A stretch of DNA of 63,607 nucleotides, the filler included, from Octopus bimaculoides (taxonomy: Eukaryota): assembly GCF_001194135.2 (NCBI RefSeq). It is 6 parts of 6 records of this genome, joined end to end, with 100 filler letters (N's around TTAATTAATTAA, not from the genome) between each part and the next. Parts side by side here need not be neighbours in the genome. Positions count along the whole stretch, not along the records: positions 45,156 to 62,494 come from NC_068981.1; positions 62,595 to 63,607 come from NW_026435599.1; 4 more parts are not named here. One strand, given 5' to 3'. Shown here piece by piece: positions 50,845 to 63,607 of the stretch (position 1 is its first letter; each line of letters begins with the position of its first letter). The notes under the pieces were generated by a model. It did no database searches. It saw nothing but the letters and a program-made list of their open reading frames with translations, and had not been told where the DNA came from. Position numbers and translations under genes: made by a program.

Positions 50845-51065
50845 GGAAATTATCAGAAGGCATCAAGAGGAATATAAAGGAAATTGGAATAGAGTGCCCA
50901 GAATAGAAGGTTACAAAAGGTTTACTTCCTTGGCACGGCCAGAATTATCAGGAAAGTATTAGATAGCTGAAAAGAACGAATAGCATGGTACCGTAGGCTG
51001 CAGGTAGTAAGCAAGCTACGCATGCAAGACTCCAGTTCCAACAAAACCTGTGATAAAGAGAAAGT
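50845..51065 (+). mobile_element. R4/Dong-like LINE 3' end (3'UTR type 3)
   Basis: IKEIGIECP...FLGTARIIRKVLDS* C-terminus directly after a (TAA)n(TGA)n run; ends in gtaataaaaataat. Confidence 0.8.
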
Positions 51066-51144
51066 AATAAAAATAATTCTTTCTACTATAGGCACTAGGC
51101 CTGAAATTTTTTTTGTGGGGGAGGGACTAGTCGATTCTAATTGG

Positions 51145-51324
51145 GCCTCATCTGCAAGGTCATGTGCTGTTTATCTTGATATGAGATCAACATGTCGCAC
51201 ACATATGATTGTGATACATGTGCCTGGTGTACCCTTATCAGGCGAGTAGTCATGATGGGTATACTGGGCTTCGTATATTTTACCCCAGTGTCACTTTGAT
51301 GGCATGCGTTGCTCTCTCTCAGTC

Positions 51325-51368
<44 letters not shown>

Positions 51369-51370
51369 GA
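51145..51370 (+). mobile_element. Retroposon 3' tail ending in (TAA)n(GAA)n
   Basis: non-coding segment ending ...gctctctctcagtc followed directly by (AAT)n; no ORF; family not assigned. Confidence 0.45.
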
Positions 51371-51534
51371 AGAAGAAGAAGAAGAAACTATCCCTAAAGG
51401 TTTCAACAAATGAGTAGAATAGGCATAAAACCTAGTTTAGTGCAGCTCCAAGAAAACGTTCTTAACATCTAAGGTTACTTGTAGCCCGATGTTAGGAATT
51501 TTCCAGCAGTTTAAACTGTTGTCCATATAGTAGT

Positions 51535-52065
51535 CCTTTCTATTATAGGCACAAAGCCTGAAATTTTGGGATAGAAGGCTAATCGATTACAGCGACCCAG
51601 TACTTGACTGGTACTTATTTTATCGACCCCAATAATTCTTCCTAATTTTGGTACAAGGCTTACAAATTTGAGTGGAAGAAATGTAGTTGATATCATCGAC
51701 CTTAGTATGTGACTGGTATTTTGGTTTGTTGATCCTAAAAGGATGGAAAGCAAGTTTGATCTCAGTACGTAAAGAGTCGAATGTTGTAAAGCGTTTCCCT
51801 CCAACGCTCTAGCAATTCTACCTACTCCCCGTCTTAAATGATAATAATAATGGTTTCTTATTTTGGTTCATGATCAACAATTTTGAGTGGAGAGGGAGTA
51901 GTCGATGTCAATGATGTCAGTACTTGACCAGTACTTTATAATATCGACTTTGGAAGAATGAAAAGCAAAGTTGATCTGGGCCGGATTTGAAACCAGAATG
52001 TATAGAGCCAAAGGAAATATTGCACAGAATTTTTTCAGACGCTCTGACAATTCTGCCAGCTCGAA
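51535..52065 (-). mobile_element. Chain of about 3 SINE family C copies
   Basis: ggcacaaagcctgaaatttt...tttatcgacccc; diverged copies follow. Confidence 0.7.
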
Positions 52066-52887
52066 AATTCCTTTCAGAATTTTGTTCAACTTTTTTACTG
52101 CAGAAATCAGACATATCCACTCAAAAACGTATATTTTCACTTAACTGTGTGTGGCAAAGTTTTATGCACCAATTTATCTTTTGTTGACGAATGTCGCGTT
52201 TGAAATAACTTTTTCGATGAGATATGTAAAATTTATTGAGGCAACATGACTTGCAGGAAATGCCAATTCTAATATTTGATAGATATTTAACATCCTTACT
52301 AAAATAACTAGGAAATTTAATTGCGCAGTTAAATGGGTTAAGGATTTCTTTAAATAACAACAAAAACCCATTAGCAGTAACATAGTACGACGATTTAATA
52401 ACATAATGCTAATGAAACAAAAGCGAATTAATCGGATGATTGAAGAAATGTAGAATATAATTATAAAAATTAATTGAATTTCTTGAATATATTTCGGTGG
52501 TTATATGAAAGTCACAGACGTCCGTAAACCAAGTTTATGTATAAGAGTTAATAATCGCTAATTTCGAAGAAATATATTTTCTTAGATAACTTGCTTTGGT
52601 CATATTTTCAACAATAATCACTGCTAAATTTCGTTTCTGTACGGAAATAACTCCATCATTTTATAAGATCGTGTGAAATATAGTAGCATTTTTCCTAACT
52701 GATAATAAATCGCTCGATATCGCAAGCAACTGTCGGTGGCATAAATTCCGTTGCAATTAATCTTCAATATGCACGCACGTATTCTCGCACGCAAGCACGC
52801 ATGTATACACACCGATATACACATACACGCACGTGCATACACACACGTGCACATACATGTATGGATGTATGTATGAATACCTGTGTA

Positions 52888-53014
<127 letters not shown>

Positions 53015-53394
53015 ATATTATAAAGGCGGTACACCAGCATGGCCGCAGTCAAATGACTGAAACAAATAAAAGAATAAAAGTATAGATATATATATCGGTA
53101 TATACTTCAGATGGCACATATTCTAGGAGTTCACATGCTCTAAGCAAACATGAATCTTAATCTAGATATATTTTAAATACTAAATATCAAAATAAATATA
53201 TATAAAAAAATATAAATAAGACTCTTCTCGCAGGTATAAATGTTTCAGAGCCATTTCATACGTTTGACATTCATGTAAAGTTCATTACAATTTATTATTT
53301 CGTAAAAAATAGGCAAATTAATGACAAATTGTATAACACAGTAAAATATATATTCACACTTAAAAAGAAAATCTCACTGGCGAATAAACACACA

Positions 53395-53785
53395 GATATG
53401 GCTGACTGGTTAAGAAGTTCGCTTCGCAACCACGCGGTTTTGGTTTCAGTCCCTTTGCTAGGCAACTTGGGCAAGTGTCTTTTACTCTAGCTCCTTATGA
53501 GTGAACTTAATTAACGGAAACATAGGAGGCCCATCATAAATATACATACAATCATGCATACATTCATACACACACACACACACACACGCACACACATATA
53601 TTCGTGTGCGTGTGTTCCCCCGTCGCTTGAACATTTGTGTTAGTTTGTTTACGCCCCCGTAATTTAACGATTCAATAGAATAAGTACCAGGCTTTAAATA
53701 AGTACGAGGTCAATTTGCTCGATTAACTCTGCAAGGCTATACTCCAGCATGGCCGTAGTCCAGTTACTGAAAGAATTAAAAGAGT
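53395..53785 (+). mobile_element. SINE family B
   Basis: atggctgactggttaagaagttcgcttcgcaaccac...ctccagcatggccgtagtc. Confidence 0.75.
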
Positions 53786-53939
53786 ATGGTGGATTGAGTT
53801 TAATTGAAATGATAGTTTATTATATCTCTAAAACATGATGGTATACTTCTTAAAATTGATATTCAGTTCAGTCTATTTGAGATAAGTCAAATTAATTCCT
53901 AAATTTCACATATCTTTAACTCATTCGAACTGTCACGTA

Positions 53940-54145
53940 CGAGGGGGTACTGAAAAGTTCCTGGCTTTAAGGATGTCGCGAAGGCTTGTTTGGAAGCCAA
54001 CTTTCCGAGTTCTTTTACAGAGCTTAGAAAAACTACAGAACCGCTGCAGTAAGTGTGTGAATTTGAGAGGGGGAATATTTTGAATAAAATCATAATTACC
54101 TGTATTTTATTTTACCCCAAATCAGGAACATTTCAGGACCTCACG
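53940..54145 (+). mobile_element. Non-autonomous mariner-like element
   Basis: TA|CGAGGGGGTACTGAAAAGTTCCTG left TIR, decayed right TIR caggaacatttcaggacctcacg; internal LEKLQNRCSKCVNLRG mariner C-terminus. Confidence 0.75.
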
Positions 54146-54535
54146 TGATCTTGAAATATATGGCATAGTAAGATATCTTTTAGATTTTAGGCTCTATGTA
54201 TTCGAAACTCCGTTTAATTTTCTAACCATTTTTGTATACTGAATCTATTTAGCTACGGAAAGAAGTTAGGTAATCATATGTTTGCATAAGTAGGAGCTAT
54301 TCAAGGCAGAAATTAACAACATTGCAACTATCTTCGATAACATATATTCCAAATATGCTATGTATTACTACAAGGTCTGAGATTTTTAGTAGAACGGAAA
54401 TGAGATTTTTGTAATAGTCGTTTTTTTTATCTTAAAGACATATTAGTGACGTAAGAGGAAGCTGTAAGCAGCATCACCACTCCACTTTGCTCCACAGATG
54501 TATTGTGCGCAAGATTTTATAAACACTCCTACACT

Positions 54536-54590
<55 letters not shown>

Positions 54591-55439
54591 AACAGAAAAT
54601 AAGACAGAAGACAACGAAAAGAAGCAAGAGGCGGGGTTGTGAAAATGACATGAAACTATACAAGTAATAACATATTATCAACTTCATAGGCTGAAACACA
54701 TATTACAATGTGTCATAGAGAACTGAGCCCATATAATAGAATGTTAAAACAGTTACACTAAAGAGCTATTACTTGAAAATAATCTAAGTTATTAAAGAGT
54801 TGAAACAAGAGCTACACAACTTGCATATACGCTTACACAAATGTACATATGTACACATATCTACAAACATATGTACGTGTATACATACTTGCACGTACAT
54901 TTTCACCGGTTAAACAAAGATATCAACTGAAATATACTACATAAGCGCATACAATACGTACTCGCCCATATGATGATATATGTATAAAATTAAGCAAAAA
55001 GATGAAAAATGCTAAAGAAGGATGGAAACAAATTTTAATATTTCAGATAAATATTACGTATAGCGTCAGGACAATCGGTCTGATGAAACGTATATATAAA
55101 GAGCCGTTCATCTGTATATATGAAGAGCGGTTCATTCAAAGTTATTCAATATATTCTTCAATAATTTTGTCGACCTTACAAGAGTTTAAGTTTTCAAAAG
55201 CATCATCTACTTTCACGCCAAATTCAAACAAGATTTTAAAACATCCTTTACCAAGTGTAATTTGTTTCCACTATCACGGTAGGTACAGATAACATTTGTT
55301 CTTAGTAAGCAACTACGTTGTCATCCTCCCTGTTAGAAAATTTTCTTCTTCCGATGTTTTCTAACACAGCACGCCCAATAAAAGTTGTTATCTCAGGACA
55401 AATACTGCAGTTATTGGCCTATTAACAGTATATACACAT

Positions 55440-55486
55440 TAAGCGGTGGTGGGGGACAAACACAAACACAAAGACACACATACACA

Positions 55487-55524
<38 letters not shown>

Positions 55525-55695
55525 AATATGTATACGACGGGATTCTTTCAGTTTCTGTCTACCAAATCCACTCACAAGGTTTTGGTCGGCCCGAAGCTAT
55601 AGTAGAAGACACTTGACCAAGGTGCCACGCAGTGGGACTGAACCCGGAACCACGTGGTTGGGAAGCAATCTTCTTACCACATAGCCACTCCTAGA
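55440..55695 (-). mobile_element. SINE family B, CpG-intact
   Basis: cgacgggattctttcag...ggtcggcccgaagctatag...cttaccacatagccactcc. Confidence 0.85.
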
Positions 55696-55931
55696 CATAT
55701 GCAAAATATACACACATACACATACAAACAACCAATATGCAAACTAATACAAAAAAGACTTCATCGACCGTTCGGTTTAACATCATTACTTATTTCTCGA
55801 GGGCCTCTATTGTAAGCTTTTGGGCATGTTTCCGGTTTGAGGATATCTTCTTCTTTTCCTTGCACCAATGTCATCAGGAAAAGTAAAGGGTCCTGGGTTT
55901 TGTATTTTACTCGCTGACTGAATGGCTGAAT

Positions 55932-55969
<38 letters not shown>

Positions 55970-56185
55970 CAGATAGATAGATAGATGCGTGTTGTGTCGA
56001 CATCGAAGTGTAGAATTCTATGAACACTCAGTGAACTCAGTCCAATCCCTTGCTTCAGTAATTACATTACTCATGTACTGAAAAAAGCATGAGAATCATC
56101 TCTTCTCACTTTGAGTTAACAAATAAAGATAGCAAAATGTGAAACAAAATGATCAAAAACGATTTACACATGAATATATTTGTTG

Positions 56186-56557
56186 TTGGCACTCCGTCGC
56201 TTACGACGTCGAAGGTTCCAGTTGATCCGATCAACGGAACAGCCTGCTCGTGAAATTAACGTGCAAGTGGCTGAGCACTCCACAGACACGTGTACCCATA
56301 ACGTGGTTTTCGGGGATATTCAGCTTGACATAGTGTGACAAGGCTGGCCCTTTGAATTACAGGCACAACAGAAACAGGAAGTAAGAGTGAGAGAAAGTTG
56401 TGGTGAAAGAGTACAGCAGGGTTTGCCACCATCTCCTGCCGGAGCCTCGTGGAGCTTTAGGTGTTTTCGCTCAATAAACACTCACAACGCTCGGTCTGGG
56501 AATCGAAACCGCGATCCTATGACCGCGAGTCCGCTGCTCTAACTACTGGGCCATTGC
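56186..56557 (-). mobile_element. SINE family D variant (same 3' domain, different 5' part)
   Basis: ggcactccgtcg...gtggctgagcactccacagacacgtgtac...gggaatcgaaacc. Confidence 0.8.
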
Positions 56558-56803
56558 NNNNNNNNNNNNNNNNNNNNNNNNNNNNNNNNNNNNNNNNNNN
56601 NNNNNNNNNNNNNNNNNNNNNNNNNNNNNNNNNNNNNNNNNNNNNNNNNNNNNNNNNNNNNNNNNNNNNNNNNNNNNNNNNNNNNNNNNNNNNNNNNNNN
56701 NNNNNNNNNNNNNNNNNNNNNNNNNNNNNNNNNNNNNNNNNNNNNNNNNNNNNNNNNNNNNNNNNNNNNNNNNNNNNNNNNNNNNNNNNNNNNNNNNNNN
56801 NNN

Positions 56804-56848
<45 letters not shown>

Positions 56849-57318
56849 TAATTTAGTACTTTATGATAACGATTTAACCACACTAATTTCGATTAGTGAT
56901 CTAAGTGTAGAGATTTCAAATGTGGTACAAGACTTAATTCAGAGTCATTTCTATATAAACAGTAATTTTAACGAATTGTAATATATTGTTCCGTGTATTT
57001 TAATTTGATAGCCTTTTATGTAAATTCGGTCTGACGTCCCACACAGCTCAATGTCTGATATACACATATATAAAAAAGAAAAAAAGGAAATTACGTTGTG
57101 TGCTATTCATTCGTTTTCAGGTCATTAATGACGTAAATAAAAGGAAAGGTTGCTTTTAGGAACTGAAACAAAATGACAGACCTAGCTTACGAAAAGTATA
57201 TTATTACACTAAAGTGTTAACCTTTCTCCTCGCGTACGTACCAAAGCATTCATACATATTTACATGTATGTATAATATATGCATAAATATGTTTGAATAA
57301 ATATTTTATATTATATTT

Positions 57319-57364
<46 letters not shown>

Positions 57365-57542
57365 CATGGAATGGCAAGAGAGAAGAGATTTATGTAATCA
57401 TAATCATTAGCTTACAGCTGCTTCTTCTATATAAGAACCGTTCTCTCAGAGCTGAGAGCTTGCGCATCACCTTATATCTAACTGTATAACTTAACACTTT
57501 ATTCTGGAATATAAGTATTGAGCTCTAACAACAAGTTATTAA

Positions 57543-57812
57543 CAGTGGCGAACTAGGTCTAAAAATATTGGTTGTTAGAGACAACTACAATGCGATGATT
57601 TAATCTTTTTTATTTTTTTGTTAAAAGTATTCTTTTTAATTCTCTACAAACACAGCCAGGCTGAAGTAATTAATGCATTCTTCTAGAAGTGAATAAAAAA
57701 TTCTCAAACTTGAGGGGATGGGCCCCTTGGATATTAACATGGGCTCCCATATATGGATTCTAATGGCGCAGGTGCCCACTTGCCATCGGACAAGCTGGCC
57801 AGTTCGCCACTG
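57543..57812. mobile_element. MITE with CAGTGGCG-type TIR
   Basis: cagtggcgaact ... agttcgccactg; flanks gttattaa / attattag (6/8). Confidence 0.65.
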
Positions 57813-58162
57813 ATTATTAGTATCGCTAAATCTAAGTGAAACCAAGTAAGATATAAAACCATAACGCAAAACAACGGCTTTTCTATCTTACATTTAAATC
57901 TTTCGGTTTTAATAACCGCAGTCAAGGCAATATGAACCTTGAATTTGGCCCTGATGCTTAACTTATATATGGTGATAGTGATAGCTGCGCAGCATAACTA
58001 GAGCAGAAGAGTTATATTTGCTAATTAGTGTCCGTCGATAGTACATGATATGCTAATGTAGCACTGTTAATCCGTTTCGCATTTACATCTACTCGTAAAA
58101 CAGTTATGTGTGGATTCAATTACAAATATATTTTAAATGCATATATGCAAATTCATATATTC

Positions 58163-58232
<70 letters not shown>

Positions 58233-58589
58233 TATAGCTATATGCATATATCCATACATATATGTACATACCTACATCTATATGTATACATACATGCATA
58301 TATGGGTACAGGACATCACACAAAAAAACGTTAAACACAGTCAGGAACGAAAACATAAAAATGAAAACAGAAAACGAACTTTTTTCGAACAACGAAAAAA
58401 ACAAACAAACAGAGAAACGAAACATGCGACATAAAGAGCATATCCCTTCGTCAGTTGTCCCTGTTCCATCTACTCCGCGTTTCGAAGGCAAGGACTATAC
58501 GCGACTTCGTTGAAACAGTCCTTCCCGCAAAGCAAATTAAATAAAATTTTGAATTTTTTGCGGAAGTTGAAAGTGTTAACAAGAACAGG

Positions 58590-58655
58590 ACAGTGAGAAC
58601 AAGACAGTAAAAACAGTAAACACAAGACAGTAAAAACAGTAAAAACAAGACAGTG
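58590..58655. repeat. Short tandem repeat built from aacagtaaa/caagacagtaa units
   Basis: read directly. Confidence 0.75.
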
Positions 58656-59049
58656 AGAATTCATGGCACTTCTACTTAGCGTTCATAATAATTTTTCTAT
58701 CGTCTTGGCTCAACATCCCTCACCGTTTGTTTTTACAGTCTTGTTCTCAAGGCCAATACGAAACGGCATTTCCTAGGGCTAAATAGCAGTAGCATTCTTC
58801 TCTTTCATGGGACTGTCACATTAAGTTGACAAAATATCATCACTTTATCGTGCTGCTACTGTATAAATCTCTCTGAGAGATTTAGAAATGTATTTATATA
58901 TACGCACTAAATTTTGAATTAAAAGCAGTTCTAATAGTCATTATCAATGACATATACATAGTATATGTGTTTTGTTTATACGCCCACTAGCTGTACGATA
59001 GCGTCCTGGAAAATATTCCTTCACGACATCGAGTGTTAAAAAACACTGC

Positions 59050-59880
59050 ATAGCTCAAATCAAGGGAGATAACCCGTCCTGAAGACAGATATCAATATTT
59101 CACCATTGTATACGGCGCTGATGAGCTTAAACTATACCCCGAAGCTAATGGACGTATAAAGAAAACATACACTATGTATATGTCATCGATAATTTTTACA
59201 TACATACATGCATACATACATACACCCAATATGTGCAATTTTGACAATAAAGCGTGGAAAAGTTGTTCTCTGAAGACCTAAAAATGAACGATTTGACAAT
59301 ACAACCATTACAGTCGAGTGACATTTATGTAATGGGTCTCTTGGGCAAGATGAGAATGTCAGATTTGATTAACCCATAAATGAGAAGAAGACCAGGAATG
59401 AATTCTTCAAAAGAGTAAAGAGAATACAGTCATCAGTACTTTCAGCTTACAAGAAGCATATTGTCCATCACACTTTTACACTGTCCACACACTTACGTTT
59501 GGTCTTTTGAACTGGTCACTACAAAAACTCAATGAGAGAGATGTCCGAATTCGCAAGCTGCTCAGTGTTACAGGAAACTTCAACGGCAATGGAGATGTAG
59601 ATAGACTATACTCCCTACGCAAGGATTGTGGTCGTGGTTTCAAATCTGTATTGATATCATATGAAGCACGTATTGTGACACTGGAACAATATCTGCAGCG
59701 GAAGAAGAGACCAGTAACTATTTTGCCCACGTTTGTTACCACTAAATCGATAACATAATATGGATGGCTAATGAACTTGAAAAGAGATATGAAATAAAAG
59801 TTGATACAGATCTCTCCCCAAGGAGCGTTGATAAAATCTGTTCACCAGAACAAAATAAAAAGTATTGATTTCTTCACTGC
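59050..59880 (+). mobile_element. Older R4-like LINE RT fragment
   Basis: QGD-like (frameshifted), YGADELKLY, CAILTIKRGKVV, EFFKRVKRIQSS, NW..KLNERDVRIRKLL...DVDRLYSLRKDCGRG (ORF 59507..59758). Confidence 0.8.
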
Positions 59881-59983
59881 AGCTGACTGCAAATTTGTGG
59901 CTTTCGATAATATATATCCTCGTTAAGTAAGATATCCAGAATGCTATTCTGAGTCAATACTGTTTGCTTCTATCACTAATAAC

Positions 59984-60042
<59 letters not shown>

Positions 60043-60319
60043 TCGTTTTGGGATTTCGTTTGCAAGATTCCTTATGTGAGTTCATGTGTTGAAGCTTATT
60101 TTGTTGTCTTGGGAGAGTCACTCTCTTTTAGTGCATTATCATTTAACACACTCACAGGTAAAGTTTCCACTCATTTATTTATTTATTTTCCCTAAAATTT
60201 TCGTTAGGTCCTGCAACCTTTTCAATAGTCGTTGACTCTGTCTGCAATCCGAGCTGCGTTCTGTTTGTTTGTTTGTGCGCATTTGTGTGGGTTAGTGTTT
60301 GTGCGCATACACATGTATG

Positions 60320-60353
<34 letters not shown>

Positions 60354-60419
60354 TGTATGTATGTATGTATGTATGCATGCATGTAAGTGTGTGTGTGCAT
60401 GTATGTGTGTGCGGGCGTA

Positions 60420-60769
60420 TGTATATATGTACGTATGTGTGTACGTTTGTATGTATGTATTCTGCATATTTATGCGTTTGTGTTTTGTGTGTTCGTGTCT
60501 GTGTTTTTATGTGTGTGTGTGTGTGTATTTGCATGTGTGTGTGTACCTCTGTCTCCTTGTGTGTGCATGTTTGAGTGTCTTTGTGTGTATGTATGGGATT
60601 TTGTGACTATGTACTGTGTCTGTGTACATGGTCATGTGTTTCAGTCGTCATTTGCGTATGTGTGGGTATGTGTGCATGTCTATTCATATTTCCAATGCAC
60701 CTATCCGTCTGTATGTCTATCTGTTTACATTCATATCCATTTGCCTACATACATGCGCATATACATATA

Positions 60770-60802
<33 letters not shown>

Positions 60803-61314
60803 CTACAAAACAACCCACTAACTATTTTACCTGTATATAAATATAATCTGTAGGTATGGTGGTATGATTACTTACTACTATGAGAATACCATATGCACGA
60901 ATGATAATTGCATGGTATGTAGGATTAAACCTGGCATTAACTGTAGAACTAGAAACGTAGTCTACAGGATAAGACGCATAGAAGGTGCTTGTAAAGACAT
61001 GAACATGACATACATAGGGGAGACATCTAGGAGCATTGCGGAAAGACTAAATGAACATTTGAGGCAATATGACGACCAAACTAGTCCTCCATACTATACC
61101 AACAGGCCAAGGACCAACATGGATGCAATCTGGGTCAACTTGACATCTGCATTTTATCCAAGCACCGAAAGGACCCAACCTTCAGACAAATACATAGTAC
61201 GTCCTCATATATGAAACATCCCCAGTACTAAACAGGAAATATACGTAATAGGTAATCATACACCCGTACCCACAGTTTATATTTATATACAGGTAGAATA
61301 GATGTGTTTGTTTC

Positions 61315-61354
<40 letters not shown>

Positions 61355-61787
61355 CACGTATATGTATATGCGCATGTATGTAGACAAATGGATATGAATG
61401 TAAACAGATATACAAACAGACGGATATGTACATAGGTAAGATGAACAGACGAGCACACATACACGCACACATACGCAAATGAAAACTGAAACACATGACC
61501 ATACACACACACACTTCACTTCACACAAGGACACATATGGAGACACAATCCACACATGGAGATACATACATACAGACACGGCACATAGTCACAAAAACCC
61601 ATACACACACAAACATAGACACAGACACACTCAGACATGCAAACACAAGGAGACAGAGGTACATATATACACACACATGCAAACACACTCAGGCACACAC
61701 ACATACACGCACACATACATATATAAGCACACAAACGCACAAACACATGAATATGCAGAATGCATACATACAAACGTACACACATGC

Positions 61788-61790
<3 letters not shown>
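60420..61790. repeat. Large inverted duplication (arms ~60420-60878 and ~61244-61790) enclosing the GIY-YIG fragment
   Basis: unique motifs such as cggatat/atccg, gtttacattcatatccatttg and gagacagaggtac are found inverted on both arms. Confidence 0.85.
60890..61200 (+). mobile_element. Penelope-like element GIY-YIG endonuclease fragment
   Basis: C..C...NCRTRNVVYRI...YIGETSRSIAERLNEH in ORF 60864..61214; frameshift after PPYY. Confidence 0.82.
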
Positions 61791-61865
<75 letters not shown>

Positions 61866-61897
61866 ATATGTATATAGATACATACATACATACATAC

Positions 61898-61928
<31 letters not shown>

Positions 61929-62405
61929 TGATATCCATATGAAAAGAGATGATGTATAAAATATTAGATAATATTTCGATAATAACAAATCAATTAGTAA
62001 GAGGCCGGTAAACTCCGAGTCTTTATAAATTTAAAGTAAACCCACGTGGAAACAGTTTGCATGTATATCCATAATTGATTAAAGTGATCAATAAGGTATA
62101 TTAAGAATAAAAAACAGAAAAGCATAGATTTCAAAGATTGCTCATAATTTCATTATTTTCAACACCTGCTTCAAAACCAATAATGGTCTACGATAAGTAC
62201 AGCCTGTAATCATCCTGCTGATTTGGGATAAACATTACTTTAAATTAATTTAATTTTAACTACTTTATAGTAATTACTTATGTATCTTAATTCATTAGTT
62301 ATGGAATTAATGCTGTTCATTCCTAATGGAGCAGCTGTTGAAAGTAACTAGCTTATAAACTATCTGTGAAATTTATGCTTTTCTACATTTCATTGTGTAT
62401 GTGTG

Positions 62406-62494
<89 letters not shown>

Positions 62495-63607
62495 NNNNNN
62501 NNNNNNNNNNNNNNNNNNNNNNNNNNNNNNNNNNNNNNTTAATTAATTAANNNNNNNNNNNNNNNNNNNNNNNNNNNNNNNNNNNNNNNNNNNNACACAC
62601 ACACACACACACACACACACACTACTAGAATTACAATATCATCACACCAAAGACATAGACACACATGTACAACAACATTCATACACATCACTAGAATTAT
62701 AATCATATTATCACACACCACATACACACACAAACACACCATAATTACTCAATGCACAGGAGTACTATAACAACTACGTACACATAAATTACACACTGCT
62801 ATGGAAATTACTCACACACACCAGCTGAATTACAATCACACACAAGCAGTGACCATCACACAACATTAATTACTTGCACACAAGTAAAATAATTACACAC
62901 ACACAATTATACACATTACCATTAAGATTACTATCACACCATCAGGTTTATTCACTTTACACATATACACAAATACAGTACTATTAAACACAGTAATATA
63001 CACCACTATGATAATTATATACATACAACTATTAGAATCACATACACACACATAAGTATGTGCATACAAAACAGTTGTATAATTACACACACACACACAT
63101 ACATATCTGCACATACATACAAACACTTCTACAATTACATACACACACACNNNNNNNNNNCATATCTGCACATACATACAAACACTTCTACAATTACATA
63201 CACACACACAGCTATCAGAGTTACACACACTGCTATCATTGCTACATCAGATACATACACTCACATACATACAAACACTTGTACAATTACATACACACAC
63301 ATGTACATAAATGCATTACCACCGATGCAGCTACATGTATGAACATAGTAACAGCATTGCAGATACATACACATACATAGAAATACTACTGGCACTCTAG
63401 TTACATGCACAAACAAATATACTTGCATATGCACATAAAGATACTACCAGCAGTACAATTATGCACGTACACACATGAAAATAAATGCACCACCATCACT
63501 TCTTCTATCCCAAGCATCCAATGAAAATAGTTATTTAGCATCCTCAACCTCCTGGAAACGGTAGTTCCTCTTGCAAACTGATATGCCAAACTAATGTAGA
63601 GAATCTT

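Noticed and set aside
55080-55140. CTGATGA followed by aacg/cgtt pairing as a hammerhead
   Set aside because: No GAAA follows the stem.
63100-63210. Identical ~50-bp repeat on either side of a 10-N gap
   Set aside because: Probably an unmerged contig overlap or a collapsed minisatellite; not interpretable.

Overview
AT-rich, microsatellite- and SINE-dense eukaryotic draft scaffold with 14 N-gaps. The S-crystallin exon indicates a coleoid cephalopod, probably an octopus (inference). Two host genes are supported. (1) Eight consecutive, phase-consistent internal coding exons of Serrate/Ars2 (SRRT) lie on the + strand at 503-11423. The gene starts upstream of the window, and I could not find its 3' exons after the first unsized 100-nt join at 11811. 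(2) The first coding exon of a sigma-GST-derived lens S-crystallin lies on the - strand at 39621-39753 and is missing from the ORF track. Upstream of it are a TATA box and AP-1/ARE-like motifs; no downstream exons were found. The rest is mobile DNA: four SINE families (my labels A-D), R4/Dong-like REL-endonuclease LINE relics whose 3' ends stack in (TAA)n, a CR1 tail, Tc1 and mariner relics, several MITEs, and Penelope-like traces (a GIY-YIG fragment inside a large inverted duplication and minimal hammerhead-like motifs). CpG content appears to rise sharply at about 11.8 kb. Repeat coordinates are approximate, everything was read by eye, and no database search was run.
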